A stretch of 64,000 nucleotides of DNA from Bacteroidota bacterium (GTDB lineage Bacteria; Bacteroidota; Bacteroidia; NS11-12g; UBA955), in NCBI GenBank assembly GCA_027490055.1, contig JAIXYV010000106.1, positions 30,802 to 94,801 of the forward strand, read 5' to 3'. The translations under genes and the position numbers were made by a program. This document shows positions 57,777-64,000 of this stretch, piece by piece. Under the pieces are notes generated by a model, which saw only the letters and a program-made list of their open reading frames with translations, was not told the origin of the DNA and did no database searches. Within the stretch, counting starts at the first letter, position 1, and each line of letters starts with the position of its first letter.

Positions 57777-58834
57777 TCCACCCAGTCTGCTATAAACAAG
57801 TTGGTATCTCTGGTGCCACCGTTGTTTCTATTGCTGCTCCACACCAGTTTTTTACCGTTAGGACTGAACATAGGGAAGGCATTAAAATTGCTTTCATCGG
57901 TAATTTTTGTAAGGTTGCTACCATCGATGTCAATCATATACAACTGGAAGGCATAGCCTCTTGGTGAGGCGTGGTTACTTGAGAATATAATTTTCTTACC
58001 AGAAGGGTGGAAGAAAGGCGCCCAGTTGGCTTTGCCTAAACGCGTAATTTGACGCAAATTCTGGCCGTTAGTATCCACTACATAGATTTCCATATTGGTT
58101 GGCGCTACGAGGCCCTGAGACAGTAAATCTTTGTATTCTTTGATCTCTTCCTCAGTCTGTGGTCTGGAGGCTCTGAAGACTAATTGTTTTCCATCTGGAG
58201 AGAAGAAGGCACCGCCATCATAGCCTAAACCAAAGGTGATTTGTTTTAAACCGCTTCCGTCGATATTCATAGTGTACAATTCCAAATCACCAGTGCGGGT
58301 ACTTGTAAAAACTATTTTATCACCTTTAGGACTGACAGTAGCTTCGGCATCATATCCCATAGAATCGGTTAATTGTTTTATCACTTTTCCTTTAAGATCA
58401 GATACGAAAATATCAAACTCAGGATATACAGGCCATACATATTTAGCTTTCGGGTTGTATGGTGCTGTTGCCGGGCAGGTATCCATGTAATGATGGGTAC
58501 TGGCAAATAAGATAGATTTATCACCGGGCATGAAGTAAGAGCAGGTGGTGCGACCGCGACCAGTACTTATTAATTGAGCCTGATAAGTCTGCATTTGCTT
58601 AGCCGCTCTCTTGATGTTCATGTTATAAATCTGGTCACATTTTAAACCCCATTTAGGATTGTTGGTTTGGAAACTCAGAAATTTACCATCAAAGCTAAAA
58701 TACGCCTCTGCGTTGTCTCCACCGAAAGTGAGCTGTTGAATATTTTTTAAATGAACTTCTTTAGCAGTGTCTTTAGGTTGAGCAGTGACTAATAAAGGAA
58801 ATATTAGGAAGCAAAGGGACAGTGATTTAAACAT
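57773..58834 (-). CDS. Secreted TolB-like beta-propeller (PD40 repeat) protein, 353 aa
   Basis: The product has a signal peptide and repeated PD40-type units (...SPKGDKIVFTSTRTGDLELYTMNIDGSGLKQIT..., ...SPDGKQLVFRASR...). Its 3' end overlaps the uppP 3' end by 4 nt in a convergent arrangement. Confidence 0.65.
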   Translation of the reverse strand: MFKSLSLCFLIFPLLVTAQPKDTAKEVHLKNIQQLTFGGDNAEAYFSFDGKFLSFQTNNPKWGLKCDQIYNMNIKRAAKQMQTYQAQLISTGRGRTTCSYFMPGDKSILFASTHHYMDTCPATAPYNPKAKYVWPVYPEFDIFVSDLKGKVIKQLTDSMGYDAEATVSPKGDKIVFTSTRTGDLELYTMNIDGSGLKQITFGLGYDGGAFFSPDGKQLVFRASRPQTEEEIKEYKDLLSQGLVAPTNMEIYVVDTNGQNLRQITRLGKANWAPFFHPSGKKIIFSSNHASPRGYAFQLYMIDIDGSNLTKITDESNFNAFPMFSPNGKKLVWSSNRNNGGTRDTNLFIADWVD

Positions 58835-58966
58835 TGATAGGTTAAAATTAATGTCGCAAAGTTATTACTATAGATGTAAATATCTCTAAAAACTTATTGA
58901 AAAATATTTGGTTAAACGATTGAATAACAATGTTTAACAATTTGTTCTATACCTTAATCAAGAAAA

Positions 58967-60139
58967 TTAATAGGTGAAGGACCCATGCTGACTGATGATG
59001 CTGAGTTGTCTGGCTGGAGCAGCTTCAACACGACCAATGATTTTAGCATTGATATTAAACTGAGCAGAGATAGCTATAAGACTTGCTGCTACTCTCTCTG
59101 GCACATAAAGTTCTAAGCGGTGTCCCATGTTAAACACTTTGTACATTTCATCCCACGAAGTCTGACTTTGTTCCTGAATGGTTTTAAACAGCACTGGCGT
59201 TTCGAATAAATTATCCTTGATGATGTGCATAGGGTCTTTCACAAAATGGAGCACTTTAGTTTGCGCGCCACCTGTGCAGTGAATCATACCATGGATATCC
59301 GCTTTATGTTCTGCAAGCATTGCTTTAACGAGCGGTGCGTATGTGCGGGTAGGTGACAATACCATCTGACCAGCATTGAGTGGAATACCTGGAACAGCAT
59401 CTGTCAGTTTGAGTTTACCTGTGTAGGCCAGAGAAGCACTGAGAAGATCGTCGTAGGTTTCAGGGTATTTTTCGCGGTAAACGGCATCAAACACATCATG
59501 TCTGGCAGAGGTTAGTCCGTTACTACCCATACCGCCATTGTAATTTTTCTCGTAGGTGGCTTGACCGTCACTGGCGAATGCTACAATGACATCGCCTGGT
59601 TGAATATTGTGATTAGAAATGATCTCAGAGCGTTTAGCGCGTGCTGTCACTGTTGAATCAACGATAATGGTTTTTACTAAATCGCCAACATCTGCAGTTT
59701 CGCCGCCGCCACTGATAATATTGACACCAAAAGGACGAAGACTTTCTATAAATTCTTCGGTACCGTTGATGATTTCGGCAATCACTTCACCTGGAATTCT
59801 TTTTTTATTTCTGCCGATGGTACTTGAAAGCAGGAAATTATCAGTTATACCAATACAAAGCAGATCATCGATGTTCATGACGATGGCATCCTGAGCGATA
59901 CCTTTCCAAACAGAAATATCGCCGGTTTCTTTCCAGTAGAGGTAAGCCAGACTGCTTTTGGTACCAGCGCCATCAGCGTGAATAACATTGCAGAAGGCGT
60001 CATCCTGACCAAGAATATCGGGAATAACTTTACAGAAAGCCTGTGGGAACAAACCCTTGTCTACATTGGCAATGGCTTTATGAACATCTTCTTTTTGAGA
60101 AGAGACTCCTCTTTCGGCGTATTTATCTGTTGTTTGCAT
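58967..60139 (-). CDS. purM: Phosphoribosylformylglycinamidine cyclo-ligase (AIR synthetase), long Bacteroidetes form
   Basis: PurM N-terminal segments (...VIHADGAGTKSSLAYLYW..., ...DDLLCIGITDN...) and the C-terminal domain (...GMIHCTGGAQTKVL...) are present. The start is chosen at MQTTDKY. Confidence 0.8.
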   Translation of the reverse strand: MQTTDKYAERGVSSQKEDVHKAIANVDKGLFPQAFCKVIPDILGQDDAFCNVIHADGAGTKSSLAYLYWKETGDISVWKGIAQDAIVMNIDDLLCIGITDNFLLSSTIGRNKKRIPGEVIAEIINGTEEFIESLRPFGVNIISGGGETADVGDLVKTIIVDSTVTARAKRSEIISNHNIQPGDVIVAFASDGQATYEKNYNGGMGSNGLTSARHDVFDAVYREKYPETYDDLLSASLAYTGKLKLTDAVPGIPLNAGQMVLSPTRTYAPLVKAMLAEHKADIHGMIHCTGGAQTKVLHFVKDPMHIIKDNLFETPVLFKTIQEQSQTSWDEMYKVFNMGHRLELYVPERVAASLIAISAQFNINAKIIGRVEAAPARQLSIISQHGSFTY

Positions 60140-60203
60140 GAACACTGCAAAAATACTAAAAATCTGCAAGTCACACGAATTTAAAAAAGCTTAATTAAGC
60201 CTG

Positions 60204-61760
60204 TTAGTTGATGGGTAATCCCACCGAGAAAACAATGTTTGAACTTCTGATATTGTTGGTAACGGCATAAGACTGACCATTAGCAGAATTATTAGAATCC
60301 AGCGTATACGGCACAGTATAGAAGGCGCTTCTGCTATTGACATAGGCGATATCAAAGGCATAGGCTTTGGTTTTAATACCGAAGCCAAGGGTATAAATAT
60401 TATTAACCAAATCTTTGACATATGGCACAGCACCGTTGCGATACGGACTAGGATTGCGGGCATACCCAGCTCTGAAGCGGTAATTGTCCAAGATATATTC
60501 TGCGCCTACTCTTAGGTTAACTGCGCTTGAATTAAGCAAACTCCGTATTCGCAGGTTTTCTTGAGTGAAATTATAGTCAGAGGCATTGGCTTTGGTCGGA
60601 CTAAGATTGGCGCTTGCGTAGTTAACCACTTCCAAATCAAGGGCAATGAACCCAGTGTTTTTATCTATGAGTGCCAGACTGAAAATATTTCTTGAGGGTG
60701 ATGTTACTTTGTAATTATAGATAGCGGAAGGCGTGCTCATTTTCTGACCTACTCTGAGACTGTCAAATGGGTCGCGAGCCCCAAAGTCGTATGCCGTAGC
60801 AATCGTATAGTTATAAGAATCCTTTAGATTGTATACAGTTGGGGAGTGGAAGGCATAGCCAATTCTTACGTATTCGTTAGGCGAAAAATTGACCCCTATT
60901 TTTGCATTTAATCCTAAGCCACTGGTTTTAACATATTCGTTCAATTCAACAGATTTAATATCTTTCACCGGACTATTTCTCACATCTGTCTCGAGGAAGG
61001 TGCTATTGCTGATGTATCGCACACTTTTGGCGCCTACACTTATTCCGAATAATAGTTTATGCTGATAGTTGGCTGCGAAACTGACATTATAATCATTGAT
61101 AGCTCCTTTAGTGAGCAAACTGCCAAGCTGATTCACTTTTATGGGTGCATTTGCGCCATAAGCAGAGATATATCTAGGGGTTGGACTAAGCGTATCTTTA
61201 TCAATCGCCCAGGTTGAGTAGGCGAGATGTTCAATAGAATAACGACTAAATTCTCTGGGTGTATAGCCAAACTCGTTGGCGCGGTCGGCCCAGTTCTGAG
61301 TAATACTACTGGAACTATTGACTGCATTATACAAACTGCGGTTGTGCAGGTTATTAAGTCGGTTCATGTTAAAACCCAAAGTAAAACTTACAAATCCTGT
61401 TGGTTTTTTATTTTCGAAATCCTCTCCGGGAATTACAAATGCGAATCCCACATTGGGCAAATTAAAATTGAATTTTTTATCGGTTAAATCTTTATTGATA
61501 TAAGTAGCAGTATTTTTTACATTGTAGAAAGATGTACTAAATCCGAACTGAGATTTTCTAAATCGGGCCATACCGGCGGGATTGAAGGCAGCGCAGGAAA
61601 GATCGGCGCCTACAGATCCGAATGCACCTGCTATACCGTAAGAACGAGCAGTACTTCCAATAGATTGAGCAGAATATCTGATAGCATCTGCTTCATTTTG
61701 AGCAATGATATTGTCTGCCAGAAAAAAAGAAAGTACCGTTACTACTATTTTAAATTTCAT
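60204..61760 (-). CDS. FadL/OMPP1-family-like outer-membrane beta-barrel protein (518 aa)
   Basis: The product has a signal peptide. The N-terminal ...IRYSAQSIGSTARSYGIAGAFGSVGADLSCAAFNPAGMARF motif is typical of FadL-like (and PorV-like) barrels, and the C-terminal aromatic ends in ...FSVGLPIN. Confidence 0.55.
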   Translation of the reverse strand: MKFKIVVTVLSFFLADNIIAQNEADAIRYSAQSIGSTARSYGIAGAFGSVGADLSCAAFNPAGMARFRKSQFGFSTSFYNVKNTATYINKDLTDKKFNFNLPNVGFAFVIPGEDFENKKPTGFVSFTLGFNMNRLNNLHNRSLYNAVNSSSSITQNWADRANEFGYTPREFSRYSIEHLAYSTWAIDKDTLSPTPRYISAYGANAPIKVNQLGSLLTKGAINDYNVSFAANYQHKLLFGISVGAKSVRYISNSTFLETDVRNSPVKDIKSVELNEYVKTSGLGLNAKIGVNFSPNEYVRIGYAFHSPTVYNLKDSYNYTIATAYDFGARDPFDSLRVGQKMSTPSAIYNYKVTSPSRNIFSLALIDKNTGFIALDLEVVNYASANLSPTKANASDYNFTQENLRIRSLLNSSAVNLRVGAEYILDNYRFRAGYARNPSPYRNGAVPYVKDLVNNIYTLGFGIKTKAYAFDIAYVNSRSAFYTVPYTLDSNNSANGQSYAVTNNIRSSNIVFSVGLPIN

Positions 61761-61762
61761 TA

Positions 61763-62620
61763 TTATCTTCTTCGAGTACTACCCCCTGAACCTCCTGAAC
61801 TGCGGTCGCTGCTACCCCCTGAATTGCCGCCTGAACTTCTTGAACCGCTGCTACCTGAACCCGAACTTCTGTCGCTACTACCATTGCCATACCATTTGTC
61901 ATTGCCAGAAGAACTATTGTTATTGCGCGAATTGTTTTGAGGTTGAGTAACAGTAGTATTGGAAGAAGGAACATTGTTAGAGGATCCTGTTCTTCTGTGG
62001 CTGTTGGGGTAAGTTGTCTGATTATTTCTGCTTGGTTGATTGTAGTAATAGTAGTTATTGTAATGAGGGTTGAAGTAACCATAATTATAACCATAACCGT
62101 AACCATAGCCATAAGAACACGGATTAAAGAAATAAGGATTGTGATAGTAACTTGGGTAATAGCCATACATCCATGAATTACCCCAGCCGTTTGAGAAGAA
62201 AGGGTTGTAGAAAGGCATATTGTAGCCGTAATAAGGAGAAAACGGACTGTTAAAACCACCCATGTAGCCAAAGCGGGGATCGACATAAGCCATACCCAAT
62301 GACCATCCGTTAAACATGTTGTAAGAGACACTTGGCACTATAGTCGGACGATAAGCATCGTAATGAAATCTTCTTGATGTGCCGAAATTTCTGAAACGAT
62401 TAGCATAAGAATTGGTATAGTTACCAGCATTGCTGGGTTCTGATTTTTCGTTCGATTCGGCATATGAGCGCAGAGCAGGAGGTGGTTCTGCTTTCTTTCT
62501 TGTATCTGAAGCTGTGAAGTACACATCATCAGTTCGGCCTGTCACTGTGGAAGCCTGTTTTTGTATGGTACAGGAAACAATCAGAAGGCTAAGAGACGAG
62601 AAATAAAGAAAATGTTTCAT
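61763..62620 (-). CDS. Extremely Tyr/Gly/Asn/Ser-rich low-complexity lipoprotein (285 aa), 2 nt upstream of the FadL-like OMP gene
   Basis: The lipobox is LLIVSC. The central region is ...PYYGYNMPFYNPFFSNGWGNSWMYGYYPSYYHNPYFFNPCSYGYGYGYGYNYGYFNPHYNNYYYYNQ..., and the C-terminal tail is SG/SR-rich (...SSGSGSSGSRSSGGNSGGSSDRSSGGSGGSTRRR). Confidence 0.55.
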   Translation of the reverse strand: MKHFLYFSSLSLLIVSCTIQKQASTVTGRTDDVYFTASDTRKKAEPPPALRSYAESNEKSEPSNAGNYTNSYANRFRNFGTSRRFHYDAYRPTIVPSVSYNMFNGWSLGMAYVDPRFGYMGGFNSPFSPYYGYNMPFYNPFFSNGWGNSWMYGYYPSYYHNPYFFNPCSYGYGYGYGYNYGYFNPHYNNYYYYNQPSRNNQTTYPNSHRRTGSSNNVPSSNTTVTQPQNNSRNNNSSSGNDKWYGNGSSDRSSGSGSSGSRSSGGNSGGSSDRSSGGSGGSTRRR

Positions 62621-62659
62621 AAGCTCATATTTTTGTTAGGCGCAAAGGCATTTTATAAA

Positions 62660-62667
62660 TACTTTTG
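62660..62667 (+). promoter_or_regulatory. -7 box TACTTTTG upstream of proS
   Basis: The sequence matches TAnnTTTG, 39 nt before the ATG. Confidence 0.4.
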
Positions 62668-62706
62668 CACTATCAAATTTACAAGAATTATTCCAAAAAT
62701 ACTAAT

Positions 62707-64000
62707 ATGGCTTTCGAGAAGGTAAAAAGAAGTGATAACTACAGCGAATGGTACAATAACCTGGTTAAAAACGCTGATTTGGCTGAACATGCAGACGTAA
62801 AAGGATGTATGGTAATTAAGCCCTATGGTTATGCTATCTGGGAGAAAATGCAGGCACAACTCGACAAAATGTTTAAGCAAACGGGTCACGTTAACGCCTA
62901 TTTTCCTTTACTGATTCCTAAATCATTTTTTGAAAAAGAAGAGAAGAATGCCGAAGGTTTTGCTAAAGAATGTGCTGTTGTAACACATTACCGATTAAAG
63001 GTTGATGAGAATCATAAAATCATTGTTGATCCGGAAGCAAAACTGGAAGAAGAATTGATTATTCGTCCGACCAGTGAGGCCATTATCTGGAATACTTACA
63101 AAGGCTGGATTCAGAGCTACAGAGATTTGCCATTACTGATCAATCAGTGGGCGAATGTGATGCGTTGGGAAATGCGTACTCGTTTGTTTTTAAGAACCTC
63201 TGAGTTCTTATGGCAGGAGGGTCATACCGCCCACAGCACAGCCGAAGAGGCTTTAGTAGAAACCAAGCAGATGTTGGATGTGTATGCTGAATTTGCTGAA
63301 AATTTCTTAGCGGTGCCAGTAATGAAAGGTGTTAAAACCGAGAACGAGCGTTTTGCAGGTGCTGTTGAAACGTATTGTATAGAAGGTTTGATGCAGGATG
63401 GAAAAGCTTTACAAATGGGAACTTCACACTTCCTTGGACAGAACTTTGCCAAAGCATTTGATGTTAAATTTCAGACCAAAGAAGGTAAATTAGAATATGT
63501 TTGGGCCACCAGCTGGGGCGTTTCTACCCGATTAATGGGTGCTTTAGTAATGGCTCATAGCGATGACGAAGGTTTGGTGCTGCCTCCAAAACTGGCGCCA
63601 ATACAAGTAGTAATCGTTCCGATCTATCGTTCTGACGAAGAATTTGAAAAAGTGTCTGCCGCTGCCGCTGCCATTAAAAAGCAATTGGAAGCATTAGATA
63701 TCAGCGTTAAGTTTGACAACCGCGATACCCACAAACCAGGTTATAAATTTGCTGAATGGGAATTGAAAGGTGTGCCTTTAAGAATTGGTATTGGTCCGAG
63801 AGACCTTGAAAACGGCACGGTTGAATTAGCCCGCCGAGACACCAAAGAAAAATCTGTTGTAGCCATTGAAGGCATAGATGCTCATGTAAAGAACCTCCTG
63901 AACGAGATTCAGGAAGCTATTTACAACAGAGCCTTAGAGTTCAGAAATACCAGCATCCATCAGGTAAACACCTGGGATGAGTTTCTTGATGCAATCAATA
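62707..64000 (+). CDS. proS: Proline--tRNA ligase, eukaryote/archaeal-type (N-terminal ~430 aa; the 3' end lies outside the window)
   Basis: The N-terminus [49 protein letters not shown]... matches the class II ProRS of Bacteroidetes. This CDS is not in the supplied ORF track because it runs off the window. Confidence 0.9.
   Translation, partial: MAFEKVKRSDNYSEWYNNLVKNADLAEHADVKGCMVIKPYGYAIWEKMQAQLDKMFKQTGHVNAYFPLLIPKSFFEKEEKNAEGFAKECAVVTHYRLKVDENHKIIVDPEAKLEEELIIRPTSEAIIWNTYKGWIQSYRDLPLLINQWANVMRWEMRTRLFLRTSEFLWQEGHTAHSTAEEALVETKQMLDVYAEFAENFLAVPVMKGVKTENERFAGAVETYCIEGLMQDGKALQMGTSHFLGQNFAKAFDVKFQTKEGKLEYVWATSWGVSTRLMGALVMAHSDDEGLVLPPKLAPIQVVIVPIYRSDEEFEKVSAAAAAIKKQLEALDISVKFDNRDTHKPGYKFAEWELKGVPLRIGIGPRDLENGTVELARRDTKEKSVVAIEGIDAHVKNLLNEIQEAIYNRALEFRNTSIHQVNTWDEFLDAIN

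Noticed and set aside
398-60463. Numerous 60-110-aa ORFs nested inside or antisense to large conserved genes (e.g. 398..691, 3705..3992, 8734..8949, 18048..18263, 45046..45319, 46270..46586, 57224..57517, 59619..59894, 60191..60463)
   Set aside because: They fall entirely within well-supported CDSs on the opposite strand or in another frame. They have no ribosome-binding or promoter context and are typical six-frame noise.
61665-62331. Plus-strand ORFs (61665..61940, 61705..61950, 61937..62176) and the alternative minus-frame ORF 61750..62331 with proline/leucine-rich or TITIT-type translations
   Set aside because: They are mirror-frame artefacts of the low-complexity and tandem-repeat DNA that encodes the Y/G/N/S-rich lipoprotein. 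They have no independent start context or signal features.
1-64000. Search for tRNA/rRNA genes, CRISPR arrays, IS elements/transposases and integrases
   Set aside because: No T-loop/anticodon-arm-like cloverleaf candidates were found in the short intergenic regions. No regularly spaced direct repeats were found. No transposase, integrase or recombinase-like ORFs are present. The window appears to be core chromosome plus surface-protein genes, not a mobile island.

Overview
This window is gene-dense, low-GC chromosomal DNA from a Bacteroidota genome. The clade is probably Sphingobacteriia or Cytophagia-like, judged from T9SS type A and type B sorting domains, a eukaryote-type ProRS, BshA and LytTR/LytS-family regulators. 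GC content looks roughly in the high 30s percent by eye and was not computed.

Conserved housekeeping genes make up most of the window: mnmG (3' part), pheS, glyA, rarA, ileS, lspA, thyA, ftsX, uppP, purM and proS (5' part). Interleaved with them is a large cell-surface and secretion complement:
- A tandem pair of ~1390-aa T9SS cargo proteins. Each has a GEVED, CUB-like and five Ig-like (DUF5011/HYR-type) repeat architecture. The pair is mosaic: the N-terminal modules are divergent, the cores are ~85-90% identical, and the C-terminal sorting domains are near-identical.
- A 2420-aa protein with a T9SS type B sorting domain and a long array of PKD repeats.
- An 834-aa Cys-repeat protein with a type B sorting domain.
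- A small type A cargo protein.
- A decayed locus carrying an orphan T9SS C-terminal-domain-only ORF and a fragment of an outer-membrane-protein paralog.

Regulatory modules include a LiaF-like/LytS-type kinase/LytTR regulator trio, PadR-PspC, and an ECF sigma/anti-sigma/beta-barrel OMP trio next to an L,D-transpeptidase-like gene. The Bacteroidetes sigma-A -7 box TAnnTTTG sits just upstream of many start codons. Several clean rho-independent terminators are visible.

No tRNA or rRNA genes, CRISPR array, IS element or integrase was recognised. The most unusual material is the mosaic tandem T9SS adhesin pair. After that come an extremely Tyr/Gly/Asn-rich low-complexity lipoprotein co-transcribed with a FadL-like OMP, the decayed T9SS locus, two tandem small lipoprotein paralogs, and an unassignable 274-aa secreted protein.
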